Assembly (NCBI GenBank): GCA_021513715.1
Contig: CP084167.1
Location: forward strand, 2,048,001-2,112,000
Direction: 5' to 3'
Origin: Candidatus Heimdallarchaeum endolithica
GTDB taxonomy: Archaea; Asgardarchaeota; Heimdallarchaeia; Heimdallarchaeales; Heimdallarchaeaceae
Length of the DNA stretch: 64,000 nucleotides
The notes under the pieces are model-generated. The model saw nothing but the letters and a program-made list of their open reading frames with translations, was not told the DNA's origin and did not search any database. Below are positions 8,861 to 20,119 of this stretch, one piece after another. A program made the position numbers and the translations under genes. The number at the start of each line of letters is the position of its first letter. The stretch's first letter is position 1.

Positions 8861-11572
8861 ATGTCAGAAGAAAAAATTTCTATTATTGTTGATGGTCAAA
8901 AAATCTTATGTAAAAAGGATGACACATATCTTTCAGCTATCACCCGTGCAGGAATAGAGATCCCTACTTTGTGTCATATGGAAGAATTAAAACCGTCCGG
9001 TGCCTGTCGTATTTGTGTTATTGAGGTTGAAGGAGCGCCTAATTTAGTTGCTGCTTGCGTCACACCAGTTCGTCCTAATGCAGTGGTTACTACCTATAAT
9101 GAACGAATTCATCGTGCGCGTCAAACTAATATTGAATTACTTCTTCGCTCGCACCCATTAAACTGTATAGTGTGTAATAAAAATGGTGTTTGCACTCTAC
9201 AAAAACTAGCCTATCAGTATGTTCCAAAGAGTCGCTTAAGTAAACTAGAGGGTAAAAAACCAACTACAGACCTAGCAGAAGTGAATGAATTTTTTGTGCT
9301 CAATTATTCCGCCTGTATCCGTTGTCAGCTTTGTGTTCGTGTTGCAGATGAGATACAAGTATGCAATGTTCTTTCCATGCAGGACAGAGGTTTTGATATC
9401 TATCCTAGTGCTGGTTTTGGTAGAAGTTTTGAAGAAGCAGGGTGTGTCGCTTGTGGGAATTGTGTAGAAGTCTGTCCAGTTGGAGCACTAGTTAGCAAAT
9501 CTATCAAAACTACAAAAAGTCGGTCTTATGAATTAAAGAAAACAGTAACAACATGTACTTACTGTGGAGTTGGTTGTCAACTAGAGATATTAGTAGATCC
9601 AAAACAAAACAAGATTGTTAACGTTCAATCACATAGAGACAGCATAAATGGGTTATCACTTTGTGTGAAAGGGAGATATGGATGGAATTATGTCCATCAT
9701 CAAGACAGAATAAATACTCCATTAATTAAGAAGGATGGAAAATTTGTAGAATCTAGCTGGGAAGAAGCTTTCGATCTTATTGAAAAGCAATTCAAGAAAA
9801 TTATTAGTGAATCGGGCCCTGATTCTCTTGCTTTTCTAACTTCTGCCAAATGTACAAATGAGGAGAATTATTTGATGCAGAAGCTTTCCCGTGCAGCTAT
9901 TGGAACAAACAATATTGATCACTGTGCGCGCCTTTGTCATGCTTCTACAGTCACTGGACTTGTCAAAGCTTTTGGCTCTGGAGCGATGACAAATAGTATT
10001 TCTGATTTAACTAATGATGCTGAAGTTATCTTTATTATTGGAAGCAATACAACAGAGGCGCACCCAGTAATAGGGACAAAAATTAAGCAAGCTGTTAAAA
10101 ATGGCAAAACAAAATTAATTGTTGCTGACCCTCGTAAGATTGAACTATCAGATTATGCTGAAGTTTATATGTCTCAAAGACCAGGTAGCGATGTTGCTCT
10201 TATCAATGCTATGATCAAGTACATTATTGATGAAGGGTTATATGATGAAGCGTTTATTAAACAAAGGACAGAAGACTTTGAGAAATTAAAAGAAAACATT
10301 AGCAAAATAGACTTTTCCTCCCTCTGTAAGATTGCTAATGTTGAAGAAGAAGAAGTAAAAAAAGCTGCATCACTTTATGCTACTGCAAAAACTGCAGCCA
10401 TAATTTATGCTATGGGTATTACCCAACATACAACAGGGACAGATAATGTTCTAAGTCTAGCTAATTTGGCTATGATAACTGGAAATGTTGGAAAACCAGG
10501 TACTGGAGTTAACCCGTTACGTGGTCAAAACAATGTTCAAGGAGCTTGTGATCTGGGAGGATTACCTGATGTTTTCCCTGGTTATCAAAAAGTAACTAAT
10601 GAAGAGAACATCAAGAAATTCAAAGATTTTTGGGGAGTAGATAAGCTTGATAACAAAGAAGGATTAACCGTTGTTGAAATAATGAACGAAGCCCATAAAG
10701 GAAATATTAGAGGAATCTACATCATGGGTGAAAATCCAGTCATTAGTGACCCAAATGTTAACCATGTTAGAGAAGCTCTTGAAAAGGTGGAATTCTTAGT
10801 TGTTCAAGATTTATTTATTACTGAAACTGCAAAATATGCAGACGTTATTCTTCCAGGACAGTCTTTTGCTGAAAAAGACGGTACTTACACCAATACAGAA
10901 AGAAGGGTACAGAGAGTTCGAAAAGCTATAGAAACAGAAGGAAGTAGATTGCCTGATTGGAAAATATTAGAGATTATGCTTAACCGTTTTGGAATTGAAA
11001 AACACTATAACTCTCCGAGTGAGATAATGGATGAAATTGCTCAAGTAACCCCAATCTATGGAGGAATTAGTTATGAAAGGTTAGAAAATAGAGGTCTACA
11101 GTGGCCATGTCCATCAAGTGATCACCCTGGTACTCCTATATTACACAAGGATAAATTCTCTAGAGGAAAAGGAAAATTCCACACTATAAATTACTTGGAC
11201 CCAGACGAACTTCCTGATGACGAGTATCCTCTAATTTTAACCACAGGCCGTAATTTATTCCATTTTCATACTGGAGAGATGACACATAGAGTTGCAGGAA
11301 TTCACCAACGTAAACCAATCGAAAAAAGTGAAATAAACGTTAAAGATGCAAAGAAATTAGGAATAAAAACTGGTGATAAGGTCATCATTGAATCAAGGAG
11401 AGGTAAAGTACTAACAGAAGTAAAAGTCACTGACAGGATTAAGGAAGGAGTCGTTTTCATGACTTTCCACTTTAAAGATTCAGCTGCTAATCTCCTAACA
11501 AATGATGCCCTTGATCCTCTTTCAAAAATACCAGAACTCAAAGTATGTGCAGTAAAGGTAACAAAAAAATAG
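8861..11572 (+). CDS. fdhA: Formate dehydrogenase alpha subunit (Mo/W-bisPGD) with NuoG-like Fe-S N-terminus
   Basis: CTYCGVGC, DHCARLCH (Cys ligand), PLRGQNNVQG. Confidence 0.93.
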   Translation: MSEEKISIIVDGQKILCKKDDTYLSAITRAGIEIPTLCHMEELKPSGACRICVIEVEGAPNLVAACVTPVRPNAVVTTYNERIHRARQTNIELLLRSHPLNCIVCNKNGVCTLQKLAYQYVPKSRLSKLEGKKPTTDLAEVNEFFVLNYSACIRCQLCVRVADEIQVCNVLSMQDRGFDIYPSAGFGRSFEEAGCVACGNCVEVCPVGALVSKSIKTTKSRSYELKKTVTTCTYCGVGCQLEILVDPKQNKIVNVQSHRDSINGLSLCVKGRYGWNYVHHQDRINTPLIKKDGKFVESSWEEAFDLIEKQFKKIISESGPDSLAFLTSAKCTNEENYLMQKLSRAAIGTNNIDHCARLCHASTVTGLVKAFGSGAMTNSISDLTNDAEVIFIIGSNTTEAHPVIGTKIKQAVKNGKTKLIVADPRKIELSDYAEVYMSQRPGSDVALINAMIKYIIDEGLYDEAFIKQRTEDFEKLKENISKIDFSSLCKIANVEEEEVKKAASLYATAKTAAIIYAMGITQHTTGTDNVLSLANLAMITGNVGKPGTGVNPLRGQNNVQGACDLGGLPDVFPGYQKVTNEENIKKFKDFWGVDKLDNKEGLTVVEIMNEAHKGNIRGIYIMGENPVISDPNVNHVREALEKVEFLVVQDLFITETAKYADVILPGQSFAEKDGTYTNTERRVQRVRKAIETEGSRLPDWKILEIMLNRFGIEKHYNSPSEIMDEIAQVTPIYGGISYERLENRGLQWPCPSSDHPGTPILHKDKFSRGKGKFHTINYLDPDELPDDEYPLILTTGRNLFHFHTGEMTHRVAGIHQRKPIEKSEINVKDAKKLGIKTGDKVIIESRRGKVLTEVKVTDRIKEGVVFMTFHFKDSAANLLTNDALDPLSKIPELKVCAVKVTKK

Positions 11573-11575
11573 GCT

Positions 11576-12571
11576 TTATTTCTTTTTAATACCTAGTTTT
11601 TTCTTTAATTTTTTTATTTCAGTATCAATTTCATCAGAAACCTTATTCTGCAAACTATATGACAAATCTTGTAGCGCATGTAATCCTAGGAAGGGGATAT
11701 TGTTTTCCATCCAATATTTATATTCTGACTCTAGTGTTAAGTTGACATATTGAGAAAAGAGGTCAAATTCGAAAATTTGATTATTAAATAAGTACTTCGC
11801 CACTAAGAATGCTAAGAAGAAGTGCCTTTTTTCAATTAAATGATGAATCCACTCTTTAGGATTATTATTTAATTCATAGCTATCAAGAGGTTCAAAATTT
11901 TTTCTTTCTATAATTTTAGATTTAGGTAATAAATAATCCTCTTTTTCTAAAGAAAAGTTTGAAATATTTAATCTTGGAGTATTAACATTTAAAAAAAACC
12001 TATATTCAAGAGTATTCATATCAATTATTTTTGTTGCATCATAAAGCCTGATTCTAGGAGCTAAACGAATAAATACATCAGCTCTACTTAAACCAAAAGA
12101 AAAAATAAAAGATGGAGGAACTGCGTAATCTTCAGCATATAGAGCAAGCAGTGGTTCAATCAACCCATTTTCATAAATAAGTATCGTTACTCCCTCTTTT
12201 ATTGTCTCTAACTGTCTTAACAGCCTCACATCAAGGTGGGGACGATCACAGGGAACAAATTGTATCGAGGTTTTTGGTAATAATTTTAATAGTACAGATG
12301 CTATCCCCTTTCCTACACCAATAAAATTAATTTTTTTGTTATCTTCAACAAATCCAATATTATCTCTTTTTAGGAGAGGTTTTAATATACCCTCATATTT
12401 TATTTTCCTTTTATGGTTGTTTAAGGATACAATAACATTGTCATAATTATTAATTCCATCTTCTACTATTTTAAAAAGCAAAGGCTTGGCATTTATGTCC
12501 ATTAATGCTTTATCTATAAGTTCTCCTTTCTGCTTGTACCTTTTCGAATCACCACCAGATAAGACAGCCAA
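11576..12571 (-). CDS. mobA: Molybdenum cofactor guanylyltransferase-like (MobA) with C-terminal extension
   Basis: VLSGGDSKRY...DKAL, PCDRP, EPLLALY, FLNVNTP; adjacent to fdh. Confidence 0.7.
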   Translation of the reverse strand: MAVLSGGDSKRYKQKGELIDKALMDINAKPLLFKIVEDGINNYDNVIVSLNNHKRKIKYEGILKPLLKRDNIGFVEDNKKINFIGVGKGIASVLLKLLPKTSIQFVPCDRPHLDVRLLRQLETIKEGVTILIYENGLIEPLLALYAEDYAVPPSFIFSFGLSRADVFIRLAPRIRLYDATKIIDMNTLEYRFFLNVNTPRLNISNFSLEKEDYLLPKSKIIERKNFEPLDSYELNNNPKEWIHHLIEKRHFFLAFLVAKYLFNNQIFEFDLFSQYVNLTLESEYKYWMENNIPFLGLHALQDLSYSLQNKVSDEIDTEIKKLKKKLGIKKK

Positions 12572-13147
12572 ACTTACCTGTATGTAAATTACCTCCTAAT
12601 AAAAAATAGGTTAGTATCAGCTTTTTAATTATTTCTCCTTTTAAAAAAATGAAAAGTCTACATTAAAAGTCTATTAACAAAAGTTCTTTGATGTTTAATA
12701 TTTAACTTTTCTCGAGAAATAGTTGTTATACAAAACAGAATAAAAATAATCAACATGAAACATAATGACTTTAGAGCAATAGGTTAAAAATATAGATAAA
12801 AACGTATTTTTGCTTATTTTTCTATTCACAAAATATAATATAATATATAATAATTATTATCTAAGACTTAAAAGTTTTTTATAACTATCAATCCAAACCT
12901 TGAATTTAAGGAAGATATAATCTAAAGTAATAATTGGGAACATAATCTTAGAAGCAGCTTAGATGGCTTTAGCTAGACACAATTAAAATGTTCCGACAAA
13001 AAACCTAATACTATGTATGGTGTTTTTATTAACTAGTAAAAATTTTTATAGTTGTAAGTAAAAGGTTATATGAAAGTGATAGCACTATCAAAAATGATAG
13101 TAATTGAATGATAGCCGAAATAAAAAAATCAAAAAAGATGAAAAAGA

Positions 13148-13744
13148 ATGTTACAAGGTCAAGAGCGATGGGATAAGATAGAAGAATTAAAAAAACAAGG
13201 ATTTACATATTCAGAAATCGCCCCCATTATAGGCCTTGGTTCAGGAAAAGCTGTTAGTGTTTGGGTTGCGCGTAACAGAAGCAAGTATGAAAGTGGGAAA
13301 AGTCAACCACGTAAAAAAAGAACTGAAAGAGTTAAACGTTTTCCACAGGTATATGATGAAAAACAAATTTATAATCTTCATAAAGAAGAGATCGAGAAAG
13401 GAGAAAGTTTGGATATCAGCCAATTTAATAATGAAGATATAGAAACTTTTCTTATATCCATCCTCAACTTATGTGATGTCGATGTAACGAAATTTCACAT
13501 TCACAAAGATGAAGAAAATGAACGTTGGACAGTAGGCATTCTTGCAGAACTCAAGAGTCGTAATAAAACTATTTTCCCATATAGCGTTAGAATACGGACA
13601 ACAGCAGCTATAGGAAAATATCTTCCAGAACTTAAAGATCAGGAAGAGATAGAGAAAAAAAGAGTTATTGCCTCTAAGATCAAGTCAGTTGCTCAAGAAG
13701 TAGAAATTTTAAGTGCAGCAATGGGAGAAAATAATACAGAGTAG
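13148..13744 (+). CDS. Hypothetical protein with N-terminal HTH
   Basis: LKKQGFTYSEIAPIIGLGSGKAVSVWV resembles an HTH. Confidence 0.6.
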   Translation: MLQGQERWDKIEELKKQGFTYSEIAPIIGLGSGKAVSVWVARNRSKYESGKSQPRKKRTERVKRFPQVYDEKQIYNLHKEEIEKGESLDISQFNNEDIETFLISILNLCDVDVTKFHIHKDEENERWTVGILAELKSRNKTIFPYSVRIRTTAAIGKYLPELKDQEEIEKKRVIASKIKSVAQEVEILSAAMGENNTE

Positions 13745-13914
13745 AAGTGAGCATAAAAGAGAAAATAGCACATTTAGGAAGAACAAACCTTTGTTATTAC
13801 TTAAAAAGCGATATCAGTATGTTTTTTTGCAGAATTTACTCTAATTAAGTTATAAGAATAAATTTCAACAGATAGGTCATTTTTTTCTATGAAGTTAATG
13901 TAAAACTTAAAAAA

Positions 13915-13957
13915 CACTATCACTATCACTACCACTATCACAATTACTATCACTATC
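13915..13957 (+). repeat. (CACTAT)n hexamer tract
   Basis: cactatcactatcactaccactatcacaattactatcactatc. Confidence 0.8.
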
Positions 13958-14011
13958 GAATGATAAAAAATATTAGGAAAACTGTAATAAAAAAAAGAAA
14001 AAAGATAAGAA

Positions 14012-14905
14012 CTAATCTAGTTTTGTCCCACAAGATATACAAAACTTATCTTGTATCTCATTCTTTGCTCCACAGTTAGGGCAAAACTTGGCTTGAACTA
14101 CATCTTGTGTCGACAATGATTCGGAAGGTTGTGAAGGAACTGAAGAGGGAGGTACAGAAGAGGGATCTTGACCAGGAGTTTCTGTTGGAGGTTGTGAAGG
14201 AACTACGCCTAGTGGTGCTACTAAAAGAATATCCCTTTCTAGATCCTTCAACCCTATTATTAAAAGGATAAAACCAACTAGAGACAACAACCCGCTAACG
14301 CCGAACATGGCAATACCGGTAATAAACTGCATTATATTAGCAATTATTGTAAAAGCCACTGCAATGAATAATTTTTTAGATGCTGGCTTAGCAAATCTAC
14401 CTTGTTTCCTTAAATCTTCGAATGTATCGTAGATAAAATAGAAACCAGCAGCTAATGAGAAAGAACTTAAAAGTGAGAGTATCTTTCCAAAAGTTCCAGG
14501 GATAAAGCTTAAAACATAACAGACAATATAACCATAAATACCAAAACTAACATTTTTTGTATTTTTTAGGGATTGATCTAAATTTGCAAATTCTGAAAAA
14601 CCACTTCCGAGTCTGTAATATTGCACTAATATCATAATTATAACAACAATATAGGCCAAGGCAAGCAACAAGATGAAAATGCCCAAAATTATTAGAGGCC
14701 CAAACATTACGCCGACTAATGAATATGGATTGTTTGGGTCAACAGTCATTTCACTTCCTAACGCAATAACCAATATAATAATTGCAAGGATCAATAGTAT
14801 AAAAGACAGCACAACAACAGCTAAAAGTAATTTAGCTATTTTTCCTGAACTTTCAGATATTTTTCTTTTTGATAATTCAAAAGGATTTACTTGTGTTTGA
14901 TACAT
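14012..14905 (-). CDS. Multi-pass membrane protein with Pro/Ser linker and C-terminal zinc ribbon
   Basis: About 6 hydrophobic segments; FCPNCG...FCISCG. Confidence 0.8.
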   Translation of the reverse strand: MYQTQVNPFELSKRKISESSGKIAKLLLAVVVLSFILLILAIIILVIALGSEMTVDPNNPYSLVGVMFGPLIILGIFILLLALAYIVVIIMILVQYYRLGSGFSEFANLDQSLKNTKNVSFGIYGYIVCYVLSFIPGTFGKILSLLSSFSLAAGFYFIYDTFEDLRKQGRFAKPASKKLFIAVAFTIIANIMQFITGIAMFGVSGLLSLVGFILLIIGLKDLERDILLVAPLGVVPSQPPTETPGQDPSSVPPSSVPSQPSESLSTQDVVQAKFCPNCGAKNEIQDKFCISCGTKLD

Positions 14906-15078
14906 TTAAACACCAAAACATATAAGTTTATTCTAGTTAATAAATGTGTCTCAATAATTATCTGAAAGTTTATTATTCAACAACTAATAAAGGTTAAAGT
15001 GCAAAAATTATAAAGAATGAAGTCAATAGAAACAATAGAATAATAAAAAATAAAATTAGACACAAATAATAAACTTTT

Positions 15079-15579
15079 TTATTTTTGTATATTTTCCTTC
15101 ACAATGTCATTTTGCTCTTTCTGTACTTCATTTCTTTTCTCTTCTAAGTCTTTTGTTGCATAGACTTTAGTTGGAAATTGTTCGTTTCGTGAGTCTCCCA
15201 CATGTCCAACTAAATCAGAAACGATATATTTTTGCTGCACAGTTTTATGTAAATCACCAATATTGTCTTCTGTTAATTGTTGCAATCTACTTCGGATGCC
15301 CACACGTTCTCCTGAAGATAACAAGAATCCAGACCTACTTATAGTATCTGCTTGTCTTCTTGCAGTTCTTTGAGCTACCAAACCTAAACTTTTTGCAAAT
15401 ATTAGGTTCCACTCGTTTCTATTCCTATTAAAAATCAACAAACCATCAACACCTACGCTATCTAAACTTGCACTTATTTCATCGGGAGAACCTTGTGTTA
15501 TCGATTTGAATTTCTTTTGATCCGTAGGTTCTTTAAATTCCCTTACAGAGTGATCATAAATGAGATAAACATGTTCCAT
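15079..15579 (-). CDS. Hypothetical protein, possibly gelsolin-like domain
   Basis: SLDS...LLIFN...WNLIF..SLGLVAQRTARRQADTI pattern; family is tentative. Confidence 0.45.
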   Translation of the reverse strand: MEHVYLIYDHSVREFKEPTDQKKFKSITQGSPDEISASLDSVGVDGLLIFNRNRNEWNLIFAKSLGLVAQRTARRQADTISRSGFLLSSGERVGIRSRLQQLTEDNIGDLHKTVQQKYIVSDLVGHVGDSRNEQFPTKVYATKDLEEKRNEVQKEQNDIVKENIQK

Positions 15580-15722
15580 ACTAACACCTAAAAGATACTA
15601 TATTATGACTGATTTATTTTTTATTAAAAAATTTCCTCACTAGGCAACATAAAATTTTTGGAATAAAATAAAAAAGCAGAAAAATAAGTTTACAATTTAA
15701 AATAGTAAAAAAAAGAAAAAAA

Positions 15723-17972
15723 CTATTGCCCTTTTACTTGAGCCAAATCATTGTTTACATTTACTAATACTGCATTAATGTGGTCTAAACGGTTATTTAC
15801 TTCTGTAATTTCACTTGGAGATGGGCTACCACCTTCAACAATAGCAACTATAACATTTATGTCTGTTTGTATGGATATTAAAGAGAAATATATTATCGCA
15901 ATAGCATCTCTTGAACCACTTAATTGAGTCATTCCATTATTCGTTGTTTGATTAAAGTAATAGCTAGCGTTCCACATCTGCTTGATAGATGAGTCCAAAG
16001 AGGTGTTTGCTGCTAGAAAGTTAGTATAGGCAGTTGGATAATCGGCCCCATCAAAAGCAGTTGCTCCAGCATTAATATACCCCTTAATCTCTTTAAGATC
16101 TTTCATTGCTCCAAACAAATAATAGAATGATTGAGCTATATAATAGGCATTGTCAAGGTTTGAACTAATATTAAATGCCTGGAAATTAGAGGCAAATTCA
16201 TTTGCAGTTTCACTGAACTCTCCATAAATATTTGTTGTTGCATTTTCCTTAATTCCTGATATTCTAGTATCTAACGAATGAGCGCTTGTTTGTAGGTTTT
16301 CCAAGTTTGTTATACTTTCAGAGAGATCCGCTCTTACAGTGTCATAATCGCTAACATTTTCGTAACCAGTAGAGAAAACTGAAAGCGTACTATTTAACCC
16401 TATAAGTACTGGACCTAGATCTCCTCCAAAGAAACTTAAATCTGCAGCTAACCCAGTCATATCCACAATAAAAGCAACTGTACCATTCAATATAGGGGTG
16501 TCTGAGTGAACTAACTGAGCAACAGTTTTTGTTTGTAAAGCATTATAAGTGACATTGAAGTGTTCACCAGCTCTGTTAAAGTAGATTTCTGTTCCCGTAA
16601 AGTTAGTTTCATCACCTATAATTTCTTGAGCTTTCATTATATTATAAGCTCCAAAGAAGAAATGAATCAACGTCGCATAATTACTTTGACTACCATTTTC
16701 AAATGTTGGTTTTGATACTAACACATCAATCAATCCTGTTGCATTCTCGAAGATACTGAGATAACCTTCCATCTGATCTAGGGTTGAATCAATTTCATCC
16801 ATTCCTTCTATTGGTAATTCATGAAGTTCAGTTTTTATTTCCTGCCAATTCACCTGTTCTATCTCGTTTAAAGCGTCATCAAAAACATAACTACTATTAT
16901 CAAACAATTCTAGACCCTCATTAATATATTCAATACCTTGATTGAACAAGTCATCATCTATGGTTTGCTTAACTTGATCACCTTGCATAGTTAATGATTC
17001 AGAACTTGTATTCAAAGCGTTTGAGATCAGATCAAACCCTTTGAACAACTGATAAGATCCATTAACAAATGTTCCTGCTCCACCTAGGAGTATAAATGCT
17101 GCTTGGAACAGATGGTTAAAGTCATCTGCTGCATCACCTAAATAAGGTGACATAGAAAGAGCGCCTAATAATAATTCAATATCTTTTCCTCCTTTTTGGA
17201 ACCATTCTGAGGCTAAATTCAAATTGTTTACTGCTTCATTGATATCTGCTTGATCTGCATTCTGTAAATCTTGAAGGTATGAAAATCCATTTACCATATA
17301 TAAAGCTCCAACGCTCATATTAGTTCCTAGGTCAACAACTCCCGCAATAATTAGGTGAACAAAGGGTGTCATAACCATTCCTATTATAAAAAATATCAAA
17401 GCAAAAAAGGCTGAGAAAATTACCCACCATTTAGGTTTCTGAGTAAATATCTGAACTATCCACGTCACCGATAATGTACCAAAAATAAATATCGGTAAAC
17501 TAATAACTAAATCAACTACAAATGCAAAACCTGCATATTGCTTAATACTCTCTAGATTGTTCAACAGGTCTGCAGGGATATTATTTGATATGGAAGTATT
17601 AGTAATGGAATCAAGTTCGTCTACTATCACAAAAACTCTTTCTGAGACAGGAGCTAATGGATTATATACAGGAGCGTTAACTAAGTGCAACAAGTAACCT
17701 GCACCAAAGATAATTATTATTGCTAAAGGAAAGGTTACAAAAACTTTCCATTTACTTCTGGTCAACCCTGCAAAAACACCTAGACCTAGTAGCCCTAAAA
17801 CATAGGCAACAATTGTAGCTATAATACTGTCAGTAGGGTGTAGAGCCACCTCGAGTATAAACATCAGAGCTATTGTCCAAATTAGAAGAAACAGCAACCC
17901 CCAACCTAGAAAACTCCACTTTTTCTTTTTTTCTTCTTGATCTAAAATTTCTTTTTCTTTTTCTTTTGTCAT
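15723..17972 (-). CDS. Large membrane-anchored helical protein
   Basis: About 5 N-terminal TM segments followed by ~500 aa acidic, Asn-rich helical region with many N-x-S/T sequons. Confidence 0.75.
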   Translation of the reverse strand: MTKEKEKEILDQEEKKKKWSFLGWGLLFLLIWTIALMFILEVALHPTDSIIATIVAYVLGLLGLGVFAGLTRSKWKVFVTFPLAIIIIFGAGYLLHLVNAPVYNPLAPVSERVFVIVDELDSITNTSISNNIPADLLNNLESIKQYAGFAFVVDLVISLPIFIFGTLSVTWIVQIFTQKPKWWVIFSAFFALIFFIIGMVMTPFVHLIIAGVVDLGTNMSVGALYMVNGFSYLQDLQNADQADINEAVNNLNLASEWFQKGGKDIELLLGALSMSPYLGDAADDFNHLFQAAFILLGGAGTFVNGSYQLFKGFDLISNALNTSSESLTMQGDQVKQTIDDDLFNQGIEYINEGLELFDNSSYVFDDALNEIEQVNWQEIKTELHELPIEGMDEIDSTLDQMEGYLSIFENATGLIDVLVSKPTFENGSQSNYATLIHFFFGAYNIMKAQEIIGDETNFTGTEIYFNRAGEHFNVTYNALQTKTVAQLVHSDTPILNGTVAFIVDMTGLAADLSFFGGDLGPVLIGLNSTLSVFSTGYENVSDYDTVRADLSESITNLENLQTSAHSLDTRISGIKENATTNIYGEFSETANEFASNFQAFNISSNLDNAYYIAQSFYYLFGAMKDLKEIKGYINAGATAFDGADYPTAYTNFLAANTSLDSSIKQMWNASYYFNQTTNNGMTQLSGSRDAIAIIYFSLISIQTDINVIVAIVEGGSPSPSEITEVNNRLDHINAVLVNVNNDLAQVKGQ

Positions 17973-18089
17973 TTAGATTCTACCCTAAAAAGTTCTATTA
18001 TATATATTTGTGTAATAATATTTATATGTGTTGAAATTTTGTGATTTCTGAATTTGAAGTCCAAAAAATAATGTTTTAAGGTCAAAACA

Positions 18090-18872
18090 ATGAATAAAAC
18101 GAATCTGGATAAATTAAAAGAGTTGGCTCAACCATTTTTCTTAAAAGCCAAAAAAAAGGAATCAAATACTTTGATTTTACTAGTACATGGTTTTGGTGCG
18201 TCGTGTACAGAAACACGTCCTTTAGCTGAATTCTTAGCTGGAGAAGGATATGATTGCTACGGTATTTTACTATCAGGTCATGGATCTTCATCAAAAGATT
18301 TAGATAAAATAAAATGGACAGATTGGATCAATGATATCAAAGATGCTTATGACAAATATTCAAAAAAATATGATAAAGTAATTATTGGAGGAGTATCATT
18401 AGGCGGAGCTCTATCTTTATACTTTGGAAGCTTATTCCATGTTAACGGGATCTTTACTATAAATGCCTTTTATGAATTCAAACCTTTACACAAAATCATT
18501 ACTCCATTATTAGCTATATTCAAGAAACATATTCCAAGGAGTGAACAACGTATAACGTGGTATATTGAGAACAATCTTTTTTCATATTCATATGATTCTA
18601 CTTACGGAGCTTATCAGATTTTAAAATTTCATAAAAGACTACACAAAAATATTAAGAAAATTAGCGTTCCTGTTCTTTTAACCCAAAGTCAAACAGATCA
18701 GACAGTTAAACCTAAAAACGCTGAAAAAATCTACAAAAAGCTACAATGTAAAAAGAAACTTGTAAAAATACCGCAAGGAGATCATATTCTCACAGTGGAT
18801 GAAAATAGAGAATTAGCTTTTAAAGAAATCATAGCGTTTATTCGTGACATAAATTATACCAATTCCCCATAG
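18090..18872 (+). CDS. Alpha/beta hydrolase (carboxylesterase)
   Basis: HGFG, GVSLGG, D..V, GDH triad. Confidence 0.9.
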   Translation: MNKTNLDKLKELAQPFFLKAKKKESNTLILLVHGFGASCTETRPLAEFLAGEGYDCYGILLSGHGSSSKDLDKIKWTDWINDIKDAYDKYSKKYDKVIIGGVSLGGALSLYFGSLFHVNGIFTINAFYEFKPLHKIITPLLAIFKKHIPRSEQRITWYIENNLFSYSYDSTYGAYQILKFHKRLHKNIKKISVPVLLTQSQTDQTVKPKNAEKIYKKLQCKKKLVKIPQGDHILTVDENRELAFKEIIAFIRDINYTNSP

Positions 18873-20104
18873 TTTCCCCCTCCTCCAGGAATGATTTCCA
18901 ATTTATTTTCTCTCATCAACTCTATTTTTTTACCAACATAATCATTCTCTTTTCTAATTTCTTCTATTGATGCATTAAGTAAAATATTGTATTCATTTTC
19001 AAATGTAGCTATTAAACGGTTATACTCTTTTATCACCGTTTTTGAATCAGGATTCTTTATTTTAAGCCCTTTAGAAATAAGTGACACGAGAGGTACACTA
19101 TCAAAATAAGGAGGACGTTTTGTGTTTTTTTTATTTGTAGTCGCTAATAATTCTACTCTGTCATTCACGCCTAATTTAAGTAAACCATTACATGCAGGAC
19201 AACGTAGTTTTCTAGCTGATATTGAAATCATGAATTGTTTCTCATTTTCTTTTTCAAAATAAATGAACTTTTCATCATAAATTTTTGAAGGATTATGAAT
19301 ATATACTATCCTTCTTCTACATTTATAGCAAAAAGACAGATGATATTTGCCCAAACGAGGATCTAATCCAACATTCAAAATAATCTTGGACTTCTTTCCT
19401 TTTTCTAATGACTTTTGGATTGAACTGAAAGATACATCATCAACCTCTATCACATTTGCTTCTCGTCCTATTTTCGATGATTTAGGAGAATGGCTATCTG
19501 AATTGCTTAAAAAAGTATACCCCCAAAGTTCTTTTATTTTATCAGCCATCGCAGAATTTGCAGAAAGGCCGAGCTCTACAAAGTCAACCTTAGCAGTTGA
19601 TTCTTTAAAACAGTCTTTTAGTGATGAATATTTATTTTCTCTAAAAATTGAAGTAAAAGGGGTAAATATATGTGCAGGACCAATTAAACAGTTATACTCT
19701 CTTACCAAATCTACAAGTTGAGAAGCATCCATGTTCACTCTAGGTCTTCCACCATAGCGAGATAGTTTTATTTTGTTCTTTTTTTCAAACTCTATTGCTA
19801 TCTCAATACCAGTTTTTAAACTAGGAACTATAACTAAATGATGAATATGTTCGTTATCCTCAACTTCTCCTGTAGCAATAAACAATGTATTGGATTCTTT
19901 CTTTGAAGGGCTGTATAATCCATCAACTTCATAAGACAAATTTTCTTGAAGGTATTGATTCCATTGTTTGTGAAAAACATCTCCTGTTCCTATTATATCA
20001 AGTCCTTTTTTTCTTGCTTCTGCAGCTAAAATGGAAATCTTCATGTTTTTTGATACACCACGCGAGAAAGGACTATGGATATGAAAGTCAACTATCTGCT
20101 TCAA
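18854..20104 (-). CDS. PHP-domain endonuclease Q-like protein (TIGR00375 family)
   Basis: DFHIHS, GTGD, PAHIFTP, ELGLS, NSDSHS, LGKYH, Zn-finger cysteines, GGGGNYG. Confidence 0.88.
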   Translation of the reverse strand: MKQIVDFHIHSPFSRGVSKNMKISILAAEARKKGLDIIGTGDVFHKQWNQYLQENLSYEVDGLYSPSKKESNTLFIATGEVEDNEHIHHLVIVPSLKTGIEIAIEFEKKNKIKLSRYGGRPRVNMDASQLVDLVREYNCLIGPAHIFTPFTSIFRENKYSSLKDCFKESTAKVDFVELGLSANSAMADKIKELWGYTFLSNSDSHSPKSSKIGREANVIEVDDVSFSSIQKSLEKGKKSKIILNVGLDPRLGKYHLSFCYKCRRRIVYIHNPSKIYDEKFIYFEKENEKQFMISISARKLRCPACNGLLKLGVNDRVELLATTNKKNTKRPPYFDSVPLVSLISKGLKIKNPDSKTVIKEYNRLIATFENEYNILLNASIEEIRKENDYVGKKIELMRENKLEIIPGGGGNYGELV

Positions 20105-20119
20105 AAAATCAACTCATGT

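Noticed and set aside
8861-11572. Selenocysteine in FdhA
   Set aside because: The active-site codon is TGT (CARLCH); the frame has no internal TGA.
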